Below are positions 10,803 through 22,159 of a stretch of 27,843 nucleotides of DNA, one piece after another. The notes under the pieces are model-generated. The model had not been told where the DNA came from and did no database searches. It saw nothing but the letters and a program-made list of their open reading frames with translations. Positions within the stretch are counted from its first letter, which is position 1. The number at the start of each line of letters is the position of its first letter. The stretch is from NCBI GenBank assembly GCA_050230475.1, contig JBFLGF010000137.1, positions 62,001 through 89,843 of the forward strand. Reading direction: 5' to 3'. Source of the stretch: Ancylonema sp. (Eukaryota). A program made the translations under genes and the position numbers.

Positions 10803-11494
10803 GGATGCCATGCTAGAGTTGGCATAGATGTAGACATCCAAAGGACTACCCTAGTTACTGCTATCATGGCAGAACCATTGCATAGCATATAAATAGTTTG
10901 GTCTTCCCTAGCATACAAGCGTGCTAGGGGGCCCTATCTACAAAATGCAGCCGTTCGGAAGCCGATCGGAACTCCATGAAGTCGAAGCTCCAGATCCTTA
11001 GTCGTTTTTCAGGCCGAAGCCCTGAACATACAAACAAATACCACAAGTTGCGAAAAACAAAAAAACTTAAGAAAATATTTTTGAATTTTAACTTTTTCAA
11101 CTTTAAGATTCTCAAAATTTTACACTTTCCAATCAGAAAAATTTCAAAACAGCATAACTTCAAAATTACCAGTCCTATCAACACCAACTTTTGACACAAT
11201 TTTGAAACAATGATTGAAACATACATTCCGAAAATTCAAAACAAACTGACAAGTTTAAATTTGAGCAGATCCGCACTTTCTCATCTTACAGTGTCTTTAA
11301 GTGTCCTTAAGTGTTTTCAAGTGTTCTTTTCAAGGTATTAAGGTAAGAGTGTGACTTAGCTGGATGAGCTAAAGTTGTTGTACCCTCCCCATTACTTCTG
11401 CATGAAAGAAACATAACAACACACCCCCTGCCAACATGCATGGCATTCGAAACCTCTGATAATAAAAATAAAAGAAAGGACTGACACCCCCAGT

Positions 11495-14400
11495 TCAGTA
11501 TAACCGTCCAAAACCTAGACTTTTGCTGTGTTTGTCCAGTAAAACCTGAGGAAGAGCTTTGGTTAGCATATGTGCTGGTTGATTTGCGCCTGCAAGGTAC
11601 ACATACTTTAGTCTCCCCGTGCTGTGGCATTCCCGTACCCAGTGATATACCACTTAAAATGTTTTGCTTTCTGTCGTTGCACAGGGTTCTGGATCATGGA
11701 GAGAGCTGAGGGTGGAGTCAGTGTGGATTGTGATTTGGTTTGGAAACTTGAGTTCTTTCAAGAGAGACTTTAGATAGCAGCACTCTTTAGATACACTACA
11801 GGCAGCGATATATTCAGCCTCGGCAGTGCTCTGTGCAACAGTGGACTGCTGCTGCGACTTCCAACTCAGTGCTGTCCCCCCAACCGTGGTTACCCATCCC
11901 GTGACTGACTTGCCTGCTACTGCAGCTGTTCCATGATGCATCGCAGTAACCCTTTACTTCAAAGCTGTCTTTACCCACAAACGTCAGTCCGTGGTTGACA
12001 GTCCCTTTAAGGTATCTGAATAGTTGATGTAACGCCCTTATGTGTGCGACCCCAGGATTTCCCATGTGTTTAGCCAGTACCCCAAGTGCATACCCGATGT
12101 CCAGTCTGGTTTGTTTCATGGCGTATATGAGTGATCCCACTTTTCCTCGAAAGTCTCTTATTTCTTCAGGGGTAGGGGGAAGAGTTGGTTCATCGTTTTT
12201 CGTAAACTGAGTTCCAGGGGCTAGAGGGAGTTTGGTTGGATTACACTCATGCATCCCATAACGTTCGAGCACTCCCCTTAAGAAACCTGACTGTCCCAGT
12301 GTGTGAGCAATTTTCTCTGTCTATCCCTCTTCACTTCCACCCCCAGGGGATATGGGTTAGGGGGGAGACCCAGATCCTTGACTTTAACTTTTTACCCATT
12401 CTTCTTTAAAAGTTTTGACCACCATTGTGTTAGGACCTGTGATCACCTGATCATCTACATGTATGCCCAGTATGATTCTGCTGTCTCCTTCCCCCCATAT
12501 ATATACATGCGTCCATTACGCATTGTGTAAACCCTTCAGATATCATAAATTTTCTGACCATTTCTTGCCACACGTGGCTACTCTGTTTTAGTCCGTACAA
12601 AGCACCCTTCAGTCGTAAGACCTTTCCCTCAGCACCCCCTTTTATATACATACGCGGTGGTATTTTCATATAAACCTCTTCTTCCACACGTCCATGCAGG
12701 AACGCTGTGATAACGTCCATCTGTTCCAGTTCCCAGTCATATTGGTTTGCTATAGAGAGGAGTAGGGTGATAGATGTACTGTCGATATTACTGGTGCAAA
12801 TACCTCATTATATAGTCAATACCCTCTTGCTGTAAGAATCCCTGTGCGACCAGTCTGACTTTATATCTTTCAATATCCCCTTGAGGTGTTGTTTTGACCT
12901 AAACATAACGACACCCCACAGCCTTTTTACCTGGAGGAAGAACACACACCTCAAAGGTGTTGAACGTCTCGAGGGCAGCGAGCTCTTCCACGATGGCTCT
13001 GTCCCACTGGTCCCCGTCTGGTCTCCTCATGGCATGGTTGAGGATGAGTGGCTCGGAGGAGTTGTTGTTTGATGCTACGCAGGCGTAGCCAGGATCTACA
13101 GGACCGCTGAAGCCAGTGAAGCAGCTGGGCTCCCACTCAGTCGCTGAGTAGTTGGCATGGGCCGCGTCATCGAACTCCTCCCCATCACATCACATGATGA
13201 TATCCCCATATTCGGCAAAGTTAGCTCGTCGTCTCGCCATCACCCGATCAGCTATGCTGCCTGGCTCCCCCACTCCTGGGTTCTCACCACCTCCTTGCAC
13301 CTCCTCCTCCCCTGCATCTCCACCTCTTGCGTTGTTGATCCCTGACTGGCTGTCGGACAGCTCAATCGTAATGTTGGGGACCTCAGCAGCCTTGTGGCTG
13401 GAAGTTGTCGTGCGGATGGTCGTTGGCAGCTGCTGGCTCAGGGGGACTGCTGGTTTTGCTGGTGCTGGGATTGGCTGCAGAACTGCTGGGCATTGGCTGC
13501 AAAACTTTTGGCATTGGTTGCAGAACTGCTGGCATGATGGGGTGGACTGCTGCTGCTGGCACAACTGCTGCTGGGGGTTCATCTTCGGTGTCGGGGAACA
13601 GATAGAAGAAGTGTTTTTTTGTTGCCGCCTGAACCTGGGGAGCTCTCCCCCCCATGAGCTTCGGGTACCCGGGCACCTCCTCGAAGAACCGCACGTCCAT
13701 GCGTGATATCACGCCCACCCTATGGGGGTCGAATACGTTGTAGCCTGCACTCCCCGCAGCCATCCCCAGAAATACACCAAAACAAGTGCGAGGGGCAAAC
13801 TTGTCCCCTTGCCTGTTCTTTTCTGCCCCAACCTTCAAGTATTGCACCAGACACCCAAAATTATGATTTTGTTCATTTTCATGTTCTTTCCCTCCCAGAC
13901 TTAAATTGGGATTCTGCCAGCGAGCGACTTAGTGTTTGGAGTTTTGTTCCTTAACCAGTTTGCATGCAACAGTGCAACATTCCCAAATACGACTTCGGTA
14001 GACCTCACCAAATCAATATGCATCGCATTTTTTTTGTCAAGGTTCTATTCAGTCTTTCAGAGATGCCATTTTGTTCAGGACTGTATGCTTCTATGGTTTG
14101 TTTGTCAATACCCTTCCCCCCACAGTAGTTCATCCAGTCCTGAGACCACATACTCCCCACCCTTGTCTGTCCTTATAAACTGTAGTGGCAACCCTGACTG
14201 ACCTCGAGCAACTGTATAGTGACCTTTGCTCGGTTCAGTTGTGCTTCATCCTTAGTTTTCAGTAGACTGACAAATGACAGACGTGTGGACACCTCAATCC
14301 TTGTCTGTGCATAAGTGAAACCTCCATTAGCAGACCTAACAGACAGAGGTCCAATCAGATCTAGGTGAATGCGACCCATCTTGGGGCATGTCCCCAGATC

Positions 14401-16214
14401 CTCGCTGGCCTTGGCGTGACTCAACTGACTCATTTTACCCTGACAGCAAACCTGACAACCCTTGACTTTAGTTAATTCTTATGGACTTAACTGTGGGATG
14501 TCACCACGTCTCACAAAATCTGACATAACATCAGCACCGGGGTGACCCAGTGTGTGATGCCATATCATGCCTGTGGATAAGTTTGCTGTGGTATTGTGAG
14601 ATCCAGGCATGACGGTGGTAGCAGCTAGCAAAGTGAGACCACTAGGCTGTTGCAATACATCAGCCCACTTCGCATTTCCCCCTTTTTCAATTCATGACCC
14701 GTGGGCAGCTGTAAGAAGCTCAGCCCATCTCTTTTGACGAGGCATGATGTCGACACGAGGGTGCAGGCAAAGGTAGGGACGTGGATCGAGTTGACTGCAC
14801 GAAGAACGTGTCGCCATTCCTTACTCGGATGTGCACGAAACCCGTGCCTGCTGCTACCTTGTGTGACGAGCCGTCAGCAGTGATGAAGGCCCTCTGCGTG
14901 CTCAGGGTCGGGGTGTACTCCACGAAATGTTCACGTGCAGTGAAAATGTGGTCTGTAGCACCTGAGTCCAGGATCAGAGAGTCTGTGTGAGAACCAGCAG
15001 ACAATGCTCGAGCAACATCAAACGAGAATGCACCAAAAGCCAAATAATCCAAATTAGCGTCAAAAGGTTTGTCAGCAAAGCGAGCAAATCGTGCCTGTGC
15101 GTCAGCCCTTCGAATAGCTTCTGGGTTCATTAAAGCCATGTCAGATGTGCGTTTTCTACATTGGTCAATTGTATGCCCTAAATTGTTGCAATATCTGCAC
15201 TTCTGTCTCCCCCCTGAACTTCTCTGAGTCGCGTGCGCAACATTTCCAGCTGCTGGCGATGGCGCAGGGCACTGAGCAGCTCTGTGGCCTGCTTGGTGAC
15301 ACCTGTGGCATTTCTAGGCTCCGGCCTCCGCCAATAGCTGGTGAAGACAGTTCGCCCTAATGTGGCCAAATTTGTGGCAGCCGAAGCACTCGACGCCTTC
15401 AGCGTCTCTGCGACCAGCTCCACCCCCACCACCAGGTCTGCTCCTGCCTCCAGCTCCGCTACCCCCTCCAGGTCCACCATAATGAGCTTGGTGACCGTGG
15501 CAACGCCCCCCTCTTTCGTTCATTCAGCTCCTTTCTGACGTCATCGCGCAGTAGCGCACTCACGATGTGGGGAGGAATCGTAAACAGATGTGGTGACGAT
15601 TGTGACCACGGCATCAGCGTCGAGACCATTGGGCTGTAATGAGTGTTGAGGGAGTTGAGCAAGTTGATCGCCTACTTCATAGGAGTTACTGGCGCACCCA
15701 GATTCTTCAAATCCTGGTGTAGCTGCTGCAGCCGCTTGACATATACGTTGAGGTTCTGTGCCTCAGTCTGTATGATTGCGCTCAGCAACGCCTCGGTGTT
15801 CGCGATCTCAATCGCTCCCTGCACCTGGTAGAATGTTCTCAGGGCTTCCCACATTTCGGCGGCAGTCGCGCAGTCCGTGACGTGCGTCAGCTCCGAAGGA
15901 CCCAAATGTTTCACTATGTAGGACATGGCAGCCAGATTGTCCTCATCCCATTTCTCGAGCTGCAGCAGCTGCTGGGAAATTTGCTGCTCCCTAACCATTC
16001 TCTCGACGTCCACGTCGATCCCCCTGGCGGCAAATTGCAGCTCGTTGTCTGGTGCCAATGGAAGTATAACGTCTGGACGACACCTCCGCAGCAGGCTGTC
16101 CCAATCCATCACCACACGATGCAGCTTTTTGTCCGCCAGCCCATATTTGACTTTGAATGCCCATCCTGTGTAATCTGCTCCAGTGAACTGTGGGATTTGT
16201 GACCTATCCGACAT
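11495..16214 (-). pseudogene. Copia gag-pol polyprotein pseudogene (multiple stops and frameshifts)
   Basis: Gag N-terminus (FTGADYTGWAFKVK; TAAEMWEALRTFY), three CCHC knuckles, protease LILDSGATDHI, pre-integrase WHHTLGHPG, integrase IHLDLIGP, SH3-like DKFAPRTCFGVFLG, RT QMDVITAFLHG / LKGALYGLKQS / FRGKVGSLIYA, and RNase H GYCDASW / VAQSTAEAEYIA / AHMLTKAL. Ends at TGA 11495-11497. Confidence 0.93.
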
Positions 16215-16457
16215 TGTGGCAGCAATTGTGTAGGATTAATTCGTTTCTCACTCTGCTCGAGCTCTCAGTGCAATTCCTGCAATGCAGCACTCAGCTCGAA
16301 TTCTTGCAGCGCATTGTGAAAATTACGTGCAGCCCTTAACAACTACGAATATATTTGCGCTCACTGGCGGCATAATATACCGTTTTCAGAGATAATTGCA
16401 GCGAATCGCGTGGAGCCGGTAGTTTTTAACCAACACGGCGTCTGAACTAGACCGCAC

Positions 16458-16484
16458 GTGGGCCCATAACCTACCCCCATAACC
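16458..16484 (-). other. Primer-binding site complementary to the anticodon-arm half of initiator tRNA-Met, partly duplicated
   Basis: Minus strand after the 5' LTR reads GGTTATGGG-GGTA-GGTTATGGGCCCAC. The plus strand at 16458-16471 is GTGGGCCCATAACC, the sequence I recall for the plant tRNA-iMet anticodon arm. Confidence 0.85.
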
Positions 16485-16923
16485 TTTAAGCTTTTGAGTG
16501 ATAAGATAATTTGGTGGGCGACAAAACGAACCGTACGCAAAAGGATCTCTATCACTGATGATCAACGAGACAGGAGTTGCGTGTGTGGAACGAATTATTA
16601 TTGTGGATTGCATCGGGGATGGTAATACCCGATGCGCTTTACAGATTGTTGTGTGCCGACGGTCGGCACAATTGACCGTCGGCCTATCATTGATGACAAC
16701 TCTCTACATGTCAACGGCACATGCCGGACATTTGCGACACGACTAAACAAGCCAATCATAACACGTCAAGCAATAACGTCTCTAAGTGTCGGCAACATGT
16801 CAGGTGCCCGGACACAAGTGCTCGGCCCCGCATATAAGCACATCTAGGAATATTGCTCCCGGTTAGAGTAACCGGTTACAACTGGACTAGCAAGAATATA
16901 TGGCTATCCAAAATATTCCAACA
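16485..16923 (-). repeat. 5' LTR (439 bp)
   Basis: Direct repeat of 10341-10793. On the minus strand it reads TGTTGGAA...AAGCTTAAA. Confidence 0.93.
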
Positions 16924-17788
16924 CCTTTTTTAATTTTGATTTAACTAGGTGAGAAAATATTCATGTCGGATTTTGGGTGGAAACCCGAAATCGGGCGGAA
17001 GGTTTTCTATTAGATTACAAAGGTTATTGATATTCACGAAATAAATGTAGACACGTTTCAGTGTATAGTGACATCGCACTAATAGAATCTGGGAATTTTT
17101 GGTTACTACTACTCAAACCCCTAAATAAAAAACCTAAACATGTTGGGGGAAAGGATTCTTACAGCGAAGTTTTATTTTACAATGTACAAGAAACTCTACA
17201 TGGGAGACCTCGCGTAGATATTTCTTGTAGCGAGACACGTGGATCCATGCCGTCAAATCTGGGAGCGTGCGATAGTATATTTGTACATGTGGACGTGCAA
17301 TACCCGAATCGGAGGACTTGAGAAGCTTTTGTGATAATATTTGCACTGCGGTTCTACGCCCAAATTATTCATTATGGGCGGTTGCGATAAATTATGTGAG
17401 GAAATTAAAAAACGAAGTCAAAATTGTTAAAACATCATTCATGTTTAATCAAGGGGATTATGATTTAGAGGGGCTTTACTGCGTGATGAAAACCCGTTAC
17501 TGCTTTTTTTTTTTCTCTCTCTTCTATCCGAAGTTTCTTATGCTTACATCGGGGGAGTTTTAGCGAGGAAAAAATAATGTATTCCAAAAATCATACTTGA
17601 TCTCAACTCTTCAATATTTACTATTTTTTCAATACTTCCCAAACTCTCTGTGTAAAGATGTTTTGCTAGTCACCATGTATTGGTCTCGTTACGCACTTGT
17701 GTAGCTTGTATCAGAATACATGTGTTCAAATGGATGATGATGCCAAGGCAAATTACTCTAGACAATATGTAAACAACACATTTTCATA

Positions 17789-18521
17789 TTGTATAACCTG
17801 TCCAAAGGAATACTGTCGGGACCGGGAATAAAAATTCCCTTAGAGAGGTTATTCACTTAGACAGAGACGATTTCTTACAAATCCGGTTTTGGGACCGGAT
17901 TTTTGTGTTCCTTTAGAGAGGTCATTCCTTTGAAGAGTACAATAAAACTTGTCTAAAAGAATAACCTCTCTAACAGTATAGAAAATGTCCCCCCCGATGT
18001 TGGGGGAGTGTAATTATTCCATAACCTGCATAATTGTCCAAAAGAATACTATTTCACCCCCCCGCGATACGTGTAAAATAATAATGTACGGAATCCGTAC
18101 ATTTTAGTACGGATTATAATACGTCCGTTCACAATAAGTATATCCAAAATTGTGGGAAATGAACATGAAACGTCCGACAGGACAAAATTGTTGCCGGAAA
18201 ATATTTGGTGGATGGTGCGAGTGCCTTCCACGTGCATATATTACCTTCCAAGCTGTGGGACTTTCATGTGGATTCGCCACACGACAATTTAAGGGCGGCT
18301 GCGACCGATATGTCGGGTAGCATAGGGTGGAAAACACGTTTTAAGAGATTCTAAACTGGATATTGACTTCTTTCCCGTTGTAGGCACATGGGAACGAGTT
18401 TTCGGACGTTTGGAACCATAACTGTATAAATGAATTACCTGTCTAAAAGAATATGTTTTCTCCTCCCCACTAGTATTCACTTAGACAGGTTTTACTGTAT
18501 TCCTTTAGAAAGGTTACACAA
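17789..18521. mobile_element. Outer pogo/Tc1-like MITE (~170 bp once the inner insertion is removed)
   Basis: Left TIR TTGTATAACCTGTCCAAAGGAATA versus the reverse complement of 18498-18521, TTGTGTAACCTTTCTAAAGGAATA: 21/24 match. Confidence 0.65.
17940..18497. mobile_element. Inner pogo/Tc1-like non-autonomous element (558 bp) with TA target duplication
   Basis: TA|CAATAAAACTTGTCTAAAAGAATA ... TATTCACTTAGACAGGTTTTACTG|TA; the TIRs match at 20/24. Internal repeats of the motif (acc)TGTC(T/C)AAAAGAATA. Confidence 0.7.
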
Positions 18522-18638
18522 TTTTCACTTCTCTTTATTTACGAAATTGCTCGATACAAGGAAACACATTTTAAAATCCAGCAGTAAATGTCATTCTACA
18601 ATGTATAATGTCATTCTACAATGTAAGGTATAAAAACA

Positions 18639-19104
18639 TGTTCAACGTAAACAAGATGCAGAACGGCGCAAAGAAACTCAGTATCGTGATCGCGCGGCAG
18701 GGACCAAGTTTATCCCGTTTGCGTTAGAGACGTACAGTGCGCTTTCCGATGCGCGCTTTCCGATGCAAGCAATCGGTTATTGGTGGATTGTGCTCACCGT
18801 GCGGCGCAACTGAATGGGCGATCGGGGCAAAATGTTAGTTTGTTAGGTACTTGGTTTCGGCAGAGAGTTTCTGTTGCTTTACAACGTTCTCTAGCACATG
18901 CAATCCATGCTAGAACGTTGCGATTGGAAATTACCTCCCCCCCCTCCGCGGGTGTTATTGTCGTCAGTAGAGTGAAGGAGTCAGCAGAGTTAAGGATTGT
19001 TGTGGGGTTGTTTTCCTTCTTCTGTTCCGTTAGGTTGGTACGATAACGTTGGTGTTGTACTCAGATGGGGTTCCCATCGTGCTTTAATAAAATGCGTCTC
19101 CTCT
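18639..19104 (+). mobile_element. 5'-truncated CRE-type non-LTR retrotransposon encoding the end of a restriction-like endonuclease domain
   Basis: After removing a 14-bp tandem duplication (18739-18752 / 18753-18766) it reads DAERRKETQYRDRAAGTKFIPFALETYSALSDASNRLLVDCAHRAA...WFRQRVSVALQRSLAHAI. This fits the RLE 'K..(K)Y...F.P.A.ET.G' and CRE 'QR.SVALQR' motifs. Candidate 10-bp TSD TATAAAAACA at 18629-18638 and 19105-19114. Confidence 0.8.
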
Positions 19105-19999
19105 TATAAAAACAGATATTCTTATGTATTTTCTGTTCTTGTATCGAGGGAGCACTGTACCAGCACTGCACTTGTATCGAGGTATGATTGTAACCGTGTC
19201 GGATCCGTCCGACTCGCTTGAGGAGGATTACTCGGATGATACGAACAAAATATCGCAGAAAACTCGTGTGCTCAGGTGAGATTTTTACGCGCTGACCACA
19301 CGTGCCACAAAACATTCTGAACATGCAATCACAAAGCATCTTTCGATCTTTACGCGAAAAAGCGAAGTTGGTCGGCATTTCAAGGAGCAAGTCCGTTGAA
19401 TCTAGCACCGCTCCAACTCTCCAACTTTTGTCGCATTGTCCCTCCGAATTTTGTTTGGTATCGACAGGAATCTTCCACGTTCTGTGTCCACGGAGGATGC
19501 TTTCTTGACCATAGAAAATCGACATGGACGACGTGGACCGTACGTACTACGCATAGCATAACTTTTCTCTTGTGATTTATGCACCAGGGCTACGGGAAGA
19601 TTCGCAGCCGCGGCCGTACCGGAAAGCGCGGAAGGAGATACTCATTCAATGCGGTCATGCAACCACTCGGGAAGAGGACGAAACGGAAGGGGTGAGCTGT
19701 TTACAAGCCAATCAACTACAGCGCTCTTCATCTCCGAAATCTTTCCTTATAGTTGCATCGCCTGTAGACGCTTACATATTGTCCTGGTACGTGAGGCGAA
19801 AGTTTTCTGGAGAATGAAGATCCAGTGCGCATGATACAGGCTCGTAATGTACCACGGTAGTTCTCCTAGGTCACTCCTGCTTCGATGATTCCACATATAT
19901 TCCTCCTCCTCTCGATGCGTGTGTAGCTAATACCGTGGATATCAAAGCGCGCAGCAGGATCTCTGTCTTCAACGGTCAGCGCGTCCGCGCGTTTCCCTC

Positions 20000-21199
20000 A
20001 TGAGTCGACGGTCGATGTTGCCAGAAGAGTGGCCAAGAGGTAGCCACGATAGGTGTCTGAAACGTTGCAACGCAGGCATTCTGTTTTCGGACGCCAAACG
20101 GGCAGCTGTTACCAGAAATCCCCCTCCAATACCCGTGGCCGATGCTCGTCATCAGCCGGAGACACCGCCACCTGGCGCAAGGATACAAATATCCCCGATG
20201 GGCGCAACTCTACAAGAGCCAAGGCGCAATCGCGCACCAAAATGGCTCCTTAACGCCAAGCAGGAACTGGTGGAAAACCCTTGGAGAAGCAAAAGCGGAG
20301 AACTGGACCCCCCTCAGGCTCCCTCGTTACCCTCCGAACCCACGCACGCGCGCGCGCTCGGGAAAGTCAAGGGATTCATAAATACTTCTCAAATTCCCCC
20401 TCCCGTCCACGTGTCACCCAGAAATGTGGGGGCCCTCCTCGCTGTATATGCCACCTCCTCCCACGTGGTTGGCCCTGCCTTGATGAGCCCAACCAGCGGC
20501 TGCCCATCGCCCAGTAGCACTTCCTCCGAATTTGATTTCTCTTCTCTTCCAAAAATTCCCAAACGTAAGATCAGCAGGACCAATCCTCTGGACATTGTGC
20601 CACGTGGCAGCCCCTCGTACCAGTCTGACCAGGGGCCAGATTCTCCGGACATCTGTCACGTCTGCAATGATTGGCGCTCGAAATCTCCACGCTCTCACAC
20701 CAGAACGTCTCGACGCCCTTCTCGAAACGATATCCCCACCCAGCAGGCCCTCCTCATGGACCTCATGAGCTCATGGGCTCAGAATTGCGACATGCCCCCG
20801 TATCTAGACTCACCCAGGGCGGGCAGACTTGGGGAAGGGGTAACCGGCGGGCAGGTGGGGGTGGGGGTGAGGGAGGGGGCACCTGGAACCCTATTAATAC
20901 CGAGTTTCGATCCTCCTCTGGTCTCCCCCCCCCCTCCCACCCCGCCCCCTCGGACGGAGATGATCTCTCCCTCTCCAATCAATCGTCAGCAATTTGAGCA
21001 CAATTTGGAGGAGCGAATCACGGCTGGGGGTGGTTTCATTGGTACAACTTTGCGGGGTCGAGAGGAAAGGGGTGTGGGAGGGGGGGAGGGCCAACCGTCC
21101 TCCCTTCATGCCAACCATTTTGAGCAGTTGATTTCGCACGAATGTGAGGCCTCCCTAGAGGAGTGGGGGGGGGAAGACGAGTGGTGGAAAGAGTATTAA
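20000..21199 (+). CDS. Hypothetical Pro/Ser/Arg-rich protein (399-aa ORF, possibly the last exon of a longer gene)
   Basis: 1.2-kb uninterrupted ORF in a GC-rich island that drops to AT-rich sequence soon after the stop. No recognisable domain. Confidence 0.4.
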   Translation: MSRRSMLPEEWPRGSHDRCLKRCNAGILFSDAKRAAVTRNPPPIPVADARHQPETPPPGARIQISPMGATLQEPRRNRAPKWLLNAKQELVENPWRSKSGELDPPQAPSLPSEPTHARALGKVKGFINTSQIPPPVHVSPRNVGALLAVYATSSHVVGPALMSPTSGCPSPSSTSSEFDFSSLPKIPKRKISRTNPLDIVPRGSPSYQSDQGPDSPDICHVCNDWRSKSPRSHTRTSRRPSRNDIPTQQALLMDLMSSWAQNCDMPPYLDSPRAGRLGEGVTGGQVGVGVREGAPGTLLIPSFDPPLVSPPPPTPPPRTEMISPSPINRQQFEHNLEERITAGGGFIGTTLRGREERGVGGGEGQPSSLHANHFEQLISHECEASLEEWGGEDEWWKEY

Positions 21200-22159
21200 A
21201 GGATGGCTGGGTGGGGTGCGCAACTGAGCGACTTGGATGCGATTCAGCCGCGGGATTATATTTTTATTGGCTTTGTGGCTTCCTGGTGCCTCTTTTTAGA
21301 TGTATATCTTGATATGTTGTTAACTTATTCAAGTTGCTGGGGGGTGGGAAGTGAAGTGTGATAGAGTAGGGGGGGATGAGGCGTAAGATAGAAGGAAAAC
21401 CGATGATTTTCAATTGCTATACTTGTATTGAGAGGAGGATGGATTAATCTATCATATTGTGTAGATAGAGTATATTGAATGGGTTAATAAGATGCGAAGA
21501 GGAAGGGATCCTAGGTCGGGTTGTGTTCGTAGAAAAAATGTAGTACTTGGCGGTAGTCGAACAAATGTTGGCAGAAGCTAGCTTTGGATGGTATCGAGGT
21601 GGTCATGTACATAACTTGCTTCCGCAAGTTGAAAGTATATGTGTTTTCTCATGGGTCAAGTAGGCTAAAAATGACTTAGCCAAGCCAATAATCTAATACA
21701 ACATCTACCGTTCTCCTAATCACGATATAATGCACACGATTCATCTAATTACCCACCCAAACTTGCTATAACAAAACTCACTGCTTGAGCTAATGCAGAA
21801 CGCGTTCTACACCTCTACATACTAGCTTACTAAACGTTGTCGGATTTCATTTACATCGCAGAAAGTGTCCACACTAAGAGTGTTGCCGGTTTTTCATCTT
21901 TGATACTAACTTCCGGACAGAAGCAAATTTTAAATTCTAAGCATTGCACAGCCTCGGATCATCCCTCCACAGCTCATATAATGTTACAACTTCATTTTTC
22001 AAAAATGGTTTGAAGTAGTAACCTTGAGCTTAATTGGGGGTCTTGGTGCCCACCATTGTTGGGCCTTAGCCATGGGTTCATTGTGAGTGCATAAAGAAAG
22101 AATGAGCACAGGAAAATTAAGCAAAACAAACCGTGGACACTTTTTTTTTGTTTGCTTAC

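Larger units (their letters stand above)
10341..16923 (-). mobile_element. Full-length, decayed Ty1/copia LTR retrotransposon (6.58 kb)
   Basis: Two LTRs, TSD CCTTT at 10336-10340 and 16924-16928, PBS, PPT, and gag-PR-IN-RT-RH domain order. Confidence 0.96.

Noticed and set aside
10924..11630. Possible env-like extra ORF in the copia
   Set aside because: 11307-11630 overlaps the RNase H end out of frame, and 10924-11226 is AT-rich low-complexity sequence without convincing features.
13152..13706. Antisense 184-aa ORF and Gln/Cys-rich 130-aa ORF
   Set aside because: Alternative frames of the Pro/Ala-rich integrase-RT linker, which contains 21-bp repeats.
16458..16471. tRNA-Met gene
   Set aside because: Only 14 nt match and there is no cloverleaf; it is the PBS.
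17789..18521. CRISPR-like array of spaced repeats
   Set aside because: The repeats are degenerate, irregularly spaced and in both orientations, there are no cas genes, and the context is eukaryotic. MITE TIRs explain them.
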